A stretch of DNA of 64,000 bases from assembly GCA_044228445.1 (NCBI GenBank), contig JBGAUV010000001.1, positions 79,827 to 143,826 on the forward strand, in the 5' to 3' direction. Every line of letters starts with the position of its first letter. Position 1 is the stretch's first letter. The position numbers and the translations under genes were made by a program. The notes below the pieces were generated by a model. That model was not told where the DNA came from, made no database searches, and saw only the letters and a list, made by a program, of their open reading frames with translations. Below, in pieces: positions 10,510-19,994 of the stretch. The stretch is from Minisyncoccia bacterium. GTDB taxonomy: Bacteria; Patescibacteriota; Minisyncoccia; Phycocordibacterales; PALSA-1337.

Positions 10510-12459
10510 ATGAATAAAAAATACTTAAAGATTTTTATACTTTCGATACTGTTCATAGGAATAGGGTATTTTGTCTTTCCAAATAAAGCACAGGCGCAAC
10601 TTATTAGTCCAGTCACAGAAACACTAGTAAAACTAACTGAAGGTACTATTGTAGGTAAGGTTGCAAAAAATGCAGTTACTGAAACTTTAAACTATATTTC
10701 ATATACTGTGCTTACGATTTCAGCAACCTTTGTTTCAATGGCGGGAATATTTTTAAGTTTCTCTATTAAATTAACCCTTAATATAAAAGAACTATATGAA
10801 ACTAGTGGAAGTATAAAAAATATATGGGTAACCGTGAGAGATCTTTCTAGTATATTTATAATATTTATATTATTGTATGAATCAATAAAAATGATCTTGG
10901 GTTTGAAAGGTCAAGGATTTAATGAAACCGTAGTAAAGATTTTTATTGCTGGTATGTTAATAAATTTTAGTTTGGTTATATTTAAAATACCTATAGATTT
11001 TTCAAATTTAGCTTCAATACAATTCTATAATGCTATAACTCCAGGGACTTCTCAAACCCTAAATCTAGATTCAGCATTTAATGATGGGGGACTATCTAAT
11101 GCTTATATGCAAAGTATGCAAGTCTGGACTGTTTTTAGTAAATTAAATTTAAACACAGCAAGCGCTTCAGCCGCAATTACATCTACCACTGTTGCTGGTT
11201 TTGTTATGATGTTAATGGCAGGTTTTAGTTTTCTAGCTGCTGCGGTTGCATTTACAATTAGAACGGGATTGTTGTTATTTATTTTAGTACTTTCACCCTT
11301 ATATTTTGCTGGAATTATTTTTCCCGAAATAGAAAAAAAAGTTTCAAAGAGGCTAATGGAAGGTTTGATCAATCAGTGTGTATTTATGCCAGTGTACCTA
11401 TTTTTAACTTATATATCCCTTAAAATAATAACCGATACGAGTTATATATCTTACTTTAATCAAATACAAGGAGATAAAAACTTTGGTTCTTTACTTGCCC
11501 TTGTTATGAGATTCTCAGTTGCTTTCATTTTTGTAAATGCACCTTTAGTTATAGCTATTGAACTAGGTGGTTATGGTATGAAATGGGCTCCAGGAGGAAA
11601 AGAATTTGGTAATTTCTTTAAAAATATTGGTTTAGGAATTACCGGAGCTTTAGGAAGAAACACTCTTGGAAGAGTAGGCAGACTTGCTGGTGAACAATTT
11701 GATAACATAGCAGCAAACTCTCAATCAAGTAAGTTTGGAAGAGGGGCGTCTAAGGCTTTGAGACTGGTTGGTGTGAGCCAAGCTGTCCGTGGTGGTCTAA
11801 CTAGTATGGAAAAAGGTAAGTATGGTAGCAAACAGAGCTTGGGAGATGTAGAAAAAGAAGATAAAGCAAGAGCAAAAGAAGTTGCAGGAATTGGTAAGTT
11901 AAATAGACAACTTGGAGTTATTGAGTCAATTAGAAATATAGATCCAAATAAGGCAGTACAGAAAGATGATATAGAAAAGTTTGCAAAAACGATAAGTGAG
12001 ATGAGCTCAAAGGATATAGAAAACCTTTCAATGGAATTATTAAAAAATCCAATTATAGCTTCGGCAATACCGGTAAGTAAATGGGATTCATTAGTTAAGA
12101 GTGATAACTTAAATGTAGATGAAGTAGATGAGATTAAAAAAGCACGAAAGGATGGTATGAATAAAATATACAATGAACATGGTGCTGATTATCTTATTAC
12201 TAAACACTTAAAGATGAAAGCTTCTGAAATAGCTAAACTTTCTGAATCAATACTGACCAAAAAAGACGTTTCTATTCTACTTTCTGCAGATACATTGAAA
12301 AAAATACAGGAAGAGGAAATGAAACAAGCTGACAGAGATATAATTAGAAGTAATATTGAAGCTGAATATCGTAAGTTAAGTGCCACAGGATCTGTACCTA
12401 AACAACTTGAAAAAGCATTTGGTTATTTAACAAATGGTTCAGGATCAACATTATTCTAA
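10510..12459 (+). CDS. VirB6/TrbL-like polytopic membrane protein of T4SS-like system
   Basis: 649 aa with a signal peptide and at least 6 predicted TM helices in the N-terminal 380 aa, then a hydrophilic coiled-coil-rich C-terminal domain. This architecture matches Gram-positive VirB6 homologues (PrgH/TcpH class). It sits upstream of VirB3/VirB4 homologues. Confidence 0.5.
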   Translation: MNKKYLKIFILSILFIGIGYFVFPNKAQAQLISPVTETLVKLTEGTIVGKVAKNAVTETLNYISYTVLTISATFVSMAGIFLSFSIKLTLNIKELYETSGSIKNIWVTVRDLSSIFIIFILLYESIKMILGLKGQGFNETVVKIFIAGMLINFSLVIFKIPIDFSNLASIQFYNAITPGTSQTLNLDSAFNDGGLSNAYMQSMQVWTVFSKLNLNTASASAAITSTTVAGFVMMLMAGFSFLAAAVAFTIRTGLLLFILVLSPLYFAGIIFPEIEKKVSKRLMEGLINQCVFMPVYLFLTYISLKIITDTSYISYFNQIQGDKNFGSLLALVMRFSVAFIFVNAPLVIAIELGGYGMKWAPGGKEFGNFFKNIGLGITGALGRNTLGRVGRLAGEQFDNIAANSQSSKFGRGASKALRLVGVSQAVRGGLTSMEKGKYGSKQSLGDVEKEDKARAKEVAGIGKLNRQLGVIESIRNIDPNKAVQKDDIEKFAKTISEMSSKDIENLSMELLKNPIIASAIPVSKWDSLVKSDNLNVDEVDEIKKARKDGMNKIYNEHGADYLITKHLKMKASEIAKLSESILTKKDVSILLSADTLKKIQEEEMKQADRDIIRSNIEAEYRKLSATGSVPKQLEKAFGYLTNGSGSTLF

Positions 12460-12465
12460 AACAAT

Positions 12466-13188
12466 ATGAATTATACTAAAGAACAAAAAAGAAATATTTT
12501 AAAAAACTTACCTGAAGATTTGAAGGAAGCTATTTTATCTGTTGAAACTGCTGATAAAATGATGGAAATAGTTAAGAATAATAATTTAATGTTAGATCAG
12601 GCAGCAGAATTAAATGATGAATTAACATTGTTTATGTTAGGACTAACAAGACAAAAAGATTTTGTTGGTAACGTAGCTAGAAGATTAAACATTGATTATA
12701 TAAAAGCTAAAGAAATAGCAGAACAGATAAATAGTTCAATTATTAACTCGGTTAGAATTAGTCTTCAAAAGATACAGGGTAATAATAATCATAATGATGA
12801 TGAGCAAATACCGCCACCACCAACACCAGTAATCAAGGTACCATATATGACCAAACCTGCTCCTGTTGTTAGGGAAGTGCCTAGTTTAATTGAAAAAAAG
12901 GTAGAAACTCCTCATATACAAAAACCAATGGAAACAATGGTTGAAAAGGCTTTACCTACACCTCCACCACCAACCAATCTTCCTGGAGTAACGATACCAG
13001 AAAAGCCAAACTATAATCCTTTTGTAAAACCAATTGAAAATCAGGGTGAAATAGATATAAAGAAAATAATAACTGAAGAGGAAGCATCACACCAAGATAT
13101 AGCAAAGATAGAAGAGATGGGAAACTTTACGATTGAGAGACATAATAACGAAACCCACAACGATCCATACCGAGAACCTTTAATATAA
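12466..13188 (+). CDS. Hypothetical proline-rich soluble protein of T4SS-like operon
   Basis: 240 aa with no TM helix. It contains PPPPTPV and PTPPPPTNLP tracts. Confidence 0.45.
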   Translation: MNYTKEQKRNILKNLPEDLKEAILSVETADKMMEIVKNNNLMLDQAAELNDELTLFMLGLTRQKDFVGNVARRLNIDYIKAKEIAEQINSSIINSVRISLQKIQGNNNHNDDEQIPPPPTPVIKVPYMTKPAPVVREVPSLIEKKVETPHIQKPMETMVEKALPTPPPPTNLPGVTIPEKPNYNPFVKPIENQGEIDIKKIITEEEASHQDIAKIEEMGNFTIERHNNETHNDPYREPLI

Positions 13189-13203
13189 TGTTATAATACA
13201 ATC

Positions 13204-13635
13204 ATGCGTTTTCAGGTCCCTCAATTTATAGAAGTAGAAGATAAGATCTTTGGAAAGATTACATTGAAACAGTTCATATATCTTGCTGGTGGAGGAGGAC
13301 TTTGTTTTGCAATATTTAGATTTTTACCTTCACTACTGTATTCTGGAATTCCTATTTTATTAATAGCTACGTTTTCTTTAGCTTTAGCTTTTTATAAAAT
13401 AAATAATAAACCGTTTATATATATAGTGGAAGCAGCTTTCAAATATTTTTTTGCTTCAAAACTATATATATGGAAGAAACAAGAGGTAATAAAGAAAGAG
13501 GATAGTGAAGAAAAGAAAGATGCAAAACAATATGCTTCAATTATGGTTCCAAAGATATCAGATAGCAAACTTAAGGACCTTACATGGAGTTTGGATATAA
13601 AAGAAAGTATGTATACAAATAAAAATCAAAAATAA
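13204..13635 (+). CDS. VirB3/PrgI-like small membrane protein
   Basis: 143 aa. The N-terminus MRFQVPQFIEVEDKIFGKITLKQFIYLAGGGGLCFAIFRF plus a second TM helix is typical of the PrgI/VirB3-like proteins that precede VirB4 in Gram-positive-type T4SS. Its stop overlaps the next start (TAATG). Confidence 0.5.
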   Translation: MRFQVPQFIEVEDKIFGKITLKQFIYLAGGGGLCFAIFRFLPSLLYSGIPILLIATFSLALAFYKINNKPFIYIVEAAFKYFFASKLYIWKKQEVIKKEDSEEKKDAKQYASIMVPKISDSKLKDLTWSLDIKESMYTNKNQK

Positions 13636-14267
13636 TGGCTCAAAATGCAAAAACAACACAAGACTTCGTACCAATCCAAGAAATAAGGGATGGTATTGTT
13701 ATACTAAAAGATGGTTCAATGAGAGCTTTGGTCTTGGCTTCTTCACTAAACTTCGCTCTAAAATCTACAGATGAACAAAATTCAATCATATTTCAATTCC
13801 AAAATTTCTTAAACTCACTTGATTTCTCTGTACAGATATTTGTTCAATCAAAAAAGCTTGATATAAGGCCATATATTGCTCTTTTAGAAGAAAGATACAA
13901 AGAGCAAATGACAGAATTAATGAAAATTCAAACTAGAGAATATATTGAATTCATAAAAACTTTTGTTGAAAACTCAAACATTATGACAAAAAGCTTTTTT
14001 CTAGTAATACCATACAACCCTCCGGCAATAAATGCATCAAACAACCCTCTTAGTGGAATATTAGGTAATAAAAGTGGGGGAAACATGGTTGCAAATGATG
14101 TTTTTGAAGAATACCGAAGCCAACTAGAGCAAAGAATAGGTGTTGTTGAACAGGGTTTGGTTAGATGTGGAATAAGGGTTGCTGAACTTGGTACAGAAGA
14201 AGTGGTAGAATTGTATTATAAGATTTTCAATCCTGGAGAAACTGAAAAACCTATTCAAATAAATTAA
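13635..14267 (+). CDS. VirB4/TraE-family ATPase, N-terminal domain encoded as a separate ORF (split gene)
   Basis: 210 aa beginning TTQDFVPIQEIRDGIVILKDGSMRALVLASSLNFALKSTDEQNSIIFQFQNFLNSLDFSVQIFVQS. This is the conserved N-terminus of Gram-positive VirB4 homologues. It is followed by a stop and an 8-nt gap, then the ATPase ORF in another frame. Confidence 0.6.
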   Translation: MAQNAKTTQDFVPIQEIRDGIVILKDGSMRALVLASSLNFALKSTDEQNSIIFQFQNFLNSLDFSVQIFVQSKKLDIRPYIALLEERYKEQMTELMKIQTREYIEFIKTFVENSNIMTKSFFLVIPYNPPAINASNNPLSGILGNKSGGNMVANDVFEEYRSQLEQRIGVVEQGLVRCGIRVAELGTEEVVELYYKIFNPGETEKPIQIN

Positions 14268-14275
14268 ATAAAAAT

Positions 14276-16096
14276 ATGAGCCTTTTTAGCAAAATACTAG
14301 GAAAAAAAGAAGAAAAAGACCCAGTTATATCTCTAATGCCTCAAGAGATATATGAAGCTGGTGTACTTGAACTAAAGGATGTTATTGCTCCTTCAGCACT
14401 TAAAATAAGTCCAAAAGAGATAAATCTTGGGGAAAAAGTAGCAAGAACATTTTTTGTTATATCTTATCCTCGTTTCCTTTCGGAAAGTTGGTTTGCTCCT
14501 ATAATAAATCTAGATAAAATATTTAATATTTCAATTTTTATCCATCCAGTTGATACGGCTAGAATACTTAGACATTTTCAAAAGAAAGTAGCAGAGGTTC
14601 AAAGTCAGATATCACAAAGAGAAGAGAAGGGGTTAGTTAGAGATCCAATGCTTGATACTGCTTATCAGGATCTTGAGGCTTTGAGAGATAATCTGATGCA
14701 AGCACAAGAAAAAATTTTTGATGTTGGTGTATATATAACTATATATGGTGATACTAGTGCGGAATTAGATAAACTAGAATCAGAAATAAAATCTATATTG
14801 GAGTCAAAACTTGTATATTTAAAACCGGCACTATTTCAACAAGAAAGTGGTTATAGAAGCGTATTACCTATAGCTAGTGATGAACTTCAAGTACATTCAA
14901 AGCTAAATTCTTCACCACTTTCTTCTCTATTTCCTTTCGTATCTTTTGATCTTACATCAGATAAAGGGATACTTTATGGTATAAACAGACACAATTCTTC
15001 ACTAGTTCTATTTGATAGATTTCTACTTGAAAACTATAACTCTGTAACATTTGCAAAGGCAGGAGCAGGAAAGTCATATTGTACAAAACTAGAAATACTT
15101 AGAACACTTATGTTTGATACAGAAGTTATTGTTATTGATCCTGAAAAGGAGTATGAGTACATGGCTGAAGCTACAGGTGGAAAATATTTTAATATTTCAC
15201 TTAATTCAGAACACCATATAAACCCTTTTGATCTACCTATTGCTAGGGAAGATGAGTCTCCAGCTGATGTTTTGCGCTCAAATATCATAAACCTAGTAGG
15301 GTTATTTAGAATAATGCTTGGTGGGTTAACTCAAGAAGAAGATGCAATAATTGATCGTGCAATAACAGAAACTTACGCTTTAAAGGATATTACAGCAGAA
15401 TCAAACTTTAAAAATGTTGAGCCACCTTTACTTTCTGATTTTGAACTAGTACTTGCTGGTATGGAAGGTGCGGAATCTTTAGTTGAAAGATTAAGTAAAT
15501 ATACAAAAGGAACTTGGTCAGGATTTATAAATAGACCATCAAATGTTGATATAAATAGAAAGTTTGTTGTTTTCTCTCTAAGAGATATGGAGGATGAATT
15601 GAAACCAGTTGCAATGTATATAGTTACACATTATATATGGAATGCGGTTAGAAAAAACTTAAAGAAGAGACTGTTGGTAATAGATGAGGCTTGGTGGATG
15701 ATGAAATCAGAAGATACTGCTTCTTTCTTGCTTGGTTTGGCAAAAAGAGGAAGAAAATACTATCTAGGACTTGCAACAATAACTCAGGATGTTGACGATT
15801 TCCTAAAATCTCCTTATGGTTTGCCAATTATTACAAACTCTTCAATACAAATTCTTCTTAAACAATCACCATCATCAATTGATAATATTCAAAAAACATT
15901 CAACCTTACAGATGAAGAAAAATATCTATTGCTAGAATCAGATGTGGGGGAAGGTATATTCTTCGTTGGTCTGAAACATGTTGCATTAAAGATTGTCGCT
16001 TCATATACGGAAGATCAGATTATTACAACAAACCCAGCTCAAGTTTTAGCAATAAAAAAAGCAAAGAAAGATCTAGAATCAAGTGATAATATATAG
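14276..16096 (+). CDS. VirB4/TraE/TrsE-family conjugal-transfer-type ATPase (ATPase domain)
   Basis: 606 aa. Walker A is NSVTFAKAGAGKSY and Walker B is LLVIDEAWWMM, with the conserved VirB4 middle region (ISYPRF...SWF). Confidence 0.85.
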   Translation: MSLFSKILGKKEEKDPVISLMPQEIYEAGVLELKDVIAPSALKISPKEINLGEKVARTFFVISYPRFLSESWFAPIINLDKIFNISIFIHPVDTARILRHFQKKVAEVQSQISQREEKGLVRDPMLDTAYQDLEALRDNLMQAQEKIFDVGVYITIYGDTSAELDKLESEIKSILESKLVYLKPALFQQESGYRSVLPIASDELQVHSKLNSSPLSSLFPFVSFDLTSDKGILYGINRHNSSLVLFDRFLLENYNSVTFAKAGAGKSYCTKLEILRTLMFDTEVIVIDPEKEYEYMAEATGGKYFNISLNSEHHINPFDLPIAREDESPADVLRSNIINLVGLFRIMLGGLTQEEDAIIDRAITETYALKDITAESNFKNVEPPLLSDFELVLAGMEGAESLVERLSKYTKGTWSGFINRPSNVDINRKFVVFSLRDMEDELKPVAMYIVTHYIWNAVRKNLKKRLLVIDEAWWMMKSEDTASFLLGLAKRGRKYYLGLATITQDVDDFLKSPYGLPIITNSSIQILLKQSPSSIDNIQKTFNLTDEEKYLLLESDVGEGIFFVGLKHVALKIVASYTEDQIITTNPAQVLAIKKAKKDLESSDNI

Positions 16097-16136
16097 GTAT
16101 TCAGTAAAGAAAATATAAATAGTGTAAAATAGGGTA

Positions 16137-16556
16137 ATGGATAGAAATGAAATAACTAATAAAACTTGGGTTGGATTGTCTTTTTTAGCACTTTTTAATG
16201 ATTTATTAACACTTATACCAATAGTAGGTGATGTGGTTGGTCCAGTATTTTGGGTTGGTATTGGTTATTATTTCTGGAAAAAAGGGTTGGGTATATTTAA
16301 CTGGAGAAGATTTGTTCCTGAAATAATTTCATTTATTGCAGAATTAATTCCAGGTGTACAAGAATTGCCAAGTATGTTTCTTGGTATGATAATTATTGCT
16401 TTATTAACAAAAATTGAACAAAAAACAGGGATAAACCCGATAAATTTAGTAAAAGGTAAGATTACACCACCTAGAATCGTTAGAAAACCACTGAACAGTG
16501 GAGGGGTAAGACAACCAAAATCTAGTGATATAAGTATAAAAACTGAGGAAATCTAA
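16137..16556 (+). CDS. Small polytopic membrane protein of T4SS-like operon
   Basis: 139 aa with 3 predicted TM helices (GLSFLALFNDLLTLIPIVG; VFWVGIGYYFW; MFLGMIIIALL). Confidence 0.45.
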   Translation: MDRNEITNKTWVGLSFLALFNDLLTLIPIVGDVVGPVFWVGIGYYFWKKGLGIFNWRRFVPEIISFIAELIPGVQELPSMFLGMIIIALLTKIEQKTGINPINLVKGKITPPRIVRKPLNSGGVRQPKSSDISIKTEEI

Positions 16557-16589
16557 TAAACAATAAACTGTAGCTGTGATAAAATAGTA

Positions 16590-17609
16590 GTGATGAACTT
16601 TTTGTTGAAAACTATAGTATTTATTTTTATTTTGGGTTTCATCTTTAACCCAACCATTTCTATTGCTCAAACACCAACTCCTATAGACGGTGTGAGTATA
16701 AGTATTGATCCTGAGGTACCAGCTCCAGGAAAACAGGCTATAGTAAAACTAGAAAGCTATAATACAGATCTAAATAGCGCAAACATTGTTTGGCAAGTAG
16801 ATAATAAAATCGTCTCTAAAGGTGTGGGTATAACCAAACTAAACATAGTAGCTCCACCAATTGGTAAGGTTATAAGCATATTTGCTTTAATAACTACAGC
16901 GGAAGGCAATGAAGTAAAAAAGGGGATAAATATAAAATCAAGTGATACAGATTTAATATGGGAAAGTGAAGGTTTTATTCCACCATTATATGAAGGAAAA
17001 GCCCATTTCTCTTATCAAAATAAGATAAAAATAATTGCAATTCCGCATATTAAAGGTAGTGGTGATATAGAAGCAGATCCGAAAACTCTAGCATATAAAT
17101 GGACAGTAAATAATAGGGTAATGAAAAATCAATCAGGTTACGGTAAACAAGTATTGATTTTAAAAGATGAATTACCAGTAGATCTATCAGTGCAAGTTGA
17201 AATAATATCAAGAGATGGTAATCAAAAGAGTGTTGCAGGTATGGAATTAAAACCAGGAGATCCCACATTATCATTTTATGAAGACAATCCTTTATATGGT
17301 GTATACTATAATAAATCCCTGTCTGGCAATGTCCGTTTAAAAAATAATGAAATAAGTATATTAGCTGTACCTTATTATTTTAGTAAAATAAAAGATGTTG
17401 ATATATCAAGAGTTTGGAGTATAAACAATATAGAACAACAAGATATAAAAAATAATAATAGTATCACACTAAGAACAAGCCCTGACTCTGAAGGAAGTTC
17501 AAATATTTCTTTGGAAATAAGAGGTGTAAACGACATACTTCAAGGTGCAAAAGATAGTATAAATATACTTTTTAATAAGAAAAAAGATGAAACTAATGTA
17601 ACATTTTAA
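16590..17609 (+). CDS. Secreted beta-rich protein of T4SS-like operon
   Basis: Signal peptide MMNFLLKTIVFIFILGFIFNPTISIAQT, then 310 aa rich in alternating hydrophobic and polar beta-type segments. Confidence 0.5.
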   Translation: MMNFLLKTIVFIFILGFIFNPTISIAQTPTPIDGVSISIDPEVPAPGKQAIVKLESYNTDLNSANIVWQVDNKIVSKGVGITKLNIVAPPIGKVISIFALITTAEGNEVKKGINIKSSDTDLIWESEGFIPPLYEGKAHFSYQNKIKIIAIPHIKGSGDIEADPKTLAYKWTVNNRVMKNQSGYGKQVLILKDELPVDLSVQVEIISRDGNQKSVAGMELKPGDPTLSFYEDNPLYGVYYNKSLSGNVRLKNNEISILAVPYYFSKIKDVDISRVWSINNIEQQDIKNNNSITLRTSPDSEGSSNISLEIRGVNDILQGAKDSINILFNKKKDETNVTF

Positions 17610-17614
17610 ATAAA

Positions 17615-18733
17615 ATGAAAAAAATATATTTATTATTAATAATAACTCTAGCATTTTTTGGAAAATCATTGATAGCTCACGGTGCAATTACCGATGAATA
17701 CAAATTACTTGAACCGATACCATGTATACAAGGAGGGGATGTCCCTTGTTTATCAAATGGTCAAAACGTTCAAACTCTAGATAAAATATCTTTCAATGGT
17801 TATGTGGGTTATGCATATAGATTAACAATAGCTTTAGCTGTGTTTTTAACTGTCGTAATGATGATTGTTGGTGGTTTTGAATATATGCTAAGTGAATCTT
17901 TTACAAAAAAGGGAGCAGGTAAAGATAAGATGAAAGACGCAGCACTAGGATTACTTGGGGTTTTAATTTCATATACAGTACTAGAAACAATAGACCCTAG
18001 GTTGGTACAGATAGGTGTAAATATAGAGCCTATTACTGTAAATAATTTGAGTAGTGGGGGTAATACTAGTGAAAATTTTTTAAATAGTCTAGATCAAGGA
18101 TTGGGATCATTATCAGCACAATCATTAAGAGATGTTGCTAATAGTGGGGAGCAAAGGAGAATAAAACTTGAAAGAATAAAAGAACTTGAGGACCTAATGA
18201 GTAATGAGCAAGAACCAGCAGCGTATAAAGAATATGAAATAGAAAGAGATCGATTAAAATCTGATATCGTAAATATAGATTCAGGCATACAAAAATCTTT
18301 ATTTCAAGCTGTTTCACAAGAAAGTCTTAGAAATTCATTGATTATAATTGATGATTTAGAAAATAAATACAGTTCACTAACAAATAAATTTAATGGTGAA
18401 GATGATGTTAATTTATTAATTAAAAAAATAGAAGATAGATATTCTGCTGTTCAAGACAAGTTAAATGTATCTGATAAACAGCAAATACAGAAAGAAAAAC
18501 AGTTTTATATTGATCAAATAAAAGAAGAGAAAGATTTAATGTCAATTATATTTTTATATAAAAACATAGTTGCAAATAATAGTAAAAAGAAGGAATTAAA
18601 GGATAGTTTAAACAATCTTTCTACTACATATAAAAAACAATTAGATTCGCTATCAAAACTACCGAGTTCGTCATTAAATGAAACCAATAAAGAGTTGTTA
18701 AAAAATAGAATATCAAAAATTGAATCTTTATAA
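17615..18733 (+). CDS. Putative VirB2/TrbC-like pilin-topology protein fused to a long C-terminal coiled coil
   Basis: A signal peptide is followed by two hydrophobic helices separated by a short basic loop (LTIALAVFLTVVMMIVGGFEY ... KKGAGKDKMKD ... AALGLLGVLISYTVL). This is the pilin-like hairpin topology. The remaining 230 aa are predicted heptad coiled coil. Confidence 0.4.
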   Translation: MKKIYLLLIITLAFFGKSLIAHGAITDEYKLLEPIPCIQGGDVPCLSNGQNVQTLDKISFNGYVGYAYRLTIALAVFLTVVMMIVGGFEYMLSESFTKKGAGKDKMKDAALGLLGVLISYTVLETIDPRLVQIGVNIEPITVNNLSSGGNTSENFLNSLDQGLGSLSAQSLRDVANSGEQRRIKLERIKELEDLMSNEQEPAAYKEYEIERDRLKSDIVNIDSGIQKSLFQAVSQESLRNSLIIIDDLENKYSSLTNKFNGEDDVNLLIKKIEDRYSAVQDKLNVSDKQQIQKEKQFYIDQIKEEKDLMSIIFLYKNIVANNSKKKELKDSLNNLSTTYKKQLDSLSKLPSSSLNETNKELLKNRISKIESL

Positions 18734-19991
18734 AATAATGAAAAAAACATTTAAAATTATATCTATAATACTGTTGATCGTCCTCATTCTAGGTGGTCTT
18801 TATTTTTGGTTTTTTATAAGAACACCAGATACAAAAAATGGTAATAATGTAAATACAAATTCAATAATGAAAGGTTTTAATCCTTTCAATAGGGAGCCAA
18901 TCAAAATCACACCCAATACAAACACAGGTACAAGTACAGAGGTAATATCAGACAATAATACAAATGTAGTTGTATTAAATAAATTAAGAAAGATATCTGA
19001 TACACCTATAGGGGGTATGAGTGCCAGCTCAACTGTAGTTAGATATATAGATCGGGGTCTAGGACATGTATTTGAACTAGGCGCCACTTCTACAGAAACA
19101 GAAAAAATATCAAACACAACAATACCTAGAGTTTATGAAAGTTATTGGAATAAAAACTTAAATCAAGTTGTTTTAAGGTATATAAAAGCAAATACAGATG
19201 AAATAATAAATTTCTTTGGAGAAATAAGACCTGTAAAATTATCAAGCACAACAGATCAAAATACAACAAAGTATGAAGTAAAAGGTAAGTTTCTATCAAA
19301 AAACATTTCAAATGTAACAGTTTCACCAAAAGGTGATAGGATATTCTATACTGAAATTATAGATGGCAAAACTGTAGGTTATATTTCAAATTTTGATGAT
19401 GCAAAAAAGGTAAAAGTTTTTGATTCTCCTCTTATATATATAAATATAGATTGGCCTGAAGAAAATACACTTATAATGTCTACAAAACCATCTGGTGCTT
19501 CATATGGATATATGTATTCTATAAATATTAAAAACGGTTCACAAAAAAAGATACTTGACGGAAAAAATGGCTTTTCAGCAAAAATAAGTAAGGATTTAAA
19601 GAAAATAATATATTCAAATGCATATCAAGATTCATTTAAAACTTATATATACGATATAGCAAAGAATAAAAATTCTGAAGCAATATTCAATACTTTAGTT
19701 GATAAATGTATATGGAGTAATATAAGAAAAAATGAAGCTTTTTGTGCAGTTCCGAACTCTATTCCTGATGGCTATTATCCGGATGATTGGTATATAGGAA
19801 AAGTTTCTTTTACAGATCAGATATGGCATATAGATACAGAAACTGGGGAAGTTCACTTACTATCAGATCCTCTAAGTGAAAGTAGTGTAAAAATTGATGC
19901 AATAAAACTGGTATTGGATCCAAAAGAGAACTATTTATACTTTATAAATAAACAAGACTTGAGTCTTTGGTCACTTGAGATAAATAAATAA
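18720..19991 (+). CDS. N-terminally anchored protein with predicted TolB/WD40-like beta-propeller domain; last gene of T4SS-like operon
   Basis: TM helix IISIILLIVLILGGLYFWFFI. It has repeated motifs of the PD40 type (PKGDRIFYTEIIDGKTVGY..; KKIIYSNAYQDSFKTYIYD). It overlaps the preceding gene by 14 nt. Confidence 0.45.
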   Translation: MNLYKIMKKTFKIISIILLIVLILGGLYFWFFIRTPDTKNGNNVNTNSIMKGFNPFNREPIKITPNTNTGTSTEVISDNNTNVVVLNKLRKISDTPIGGMSASSTVVRYIDRGLGHVFELGATSTETEKISNTTIPRVYESYWNKNLNQVVLRYIKANTDEIINFFGEIRPVKLSSTTDQNTTKYEVKGKFLSKNISNVTVSPKGDRIFYTEIIDGKTVGYISNFDDAKKVKVFDSPLIYINIDWPEENTLIMSTKPSGASYGYMYSINIKNGSQKKILDGKNGFSAKISKDLKKIIYSNAYQDSFKTYIYDIAKNKNSEAIFNTLVDKCIWSNIRKNEAFCAVPNSIPDGYYPDDWYIGKVSFTDQIWHIDTETGEVHLLSDPLSESSVKIDAIKLVLDPKENYLYFINKQDLSLWSLEINK

Positions 19992-19994
19992 TAT

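Noticed and set aside
11721-12173. Minus-strand 150-aa ORF inside the VirB6-like gene (and similar antisense ORFs at 23002-23484, 50229-50672, 52450-52746, 19995-region and others)
   Set aside because: They lie entirely within well-supported sense-strand genes. Long antisense ORFs are expected in AT-rich DNA with few stop codons on the opposite strand.
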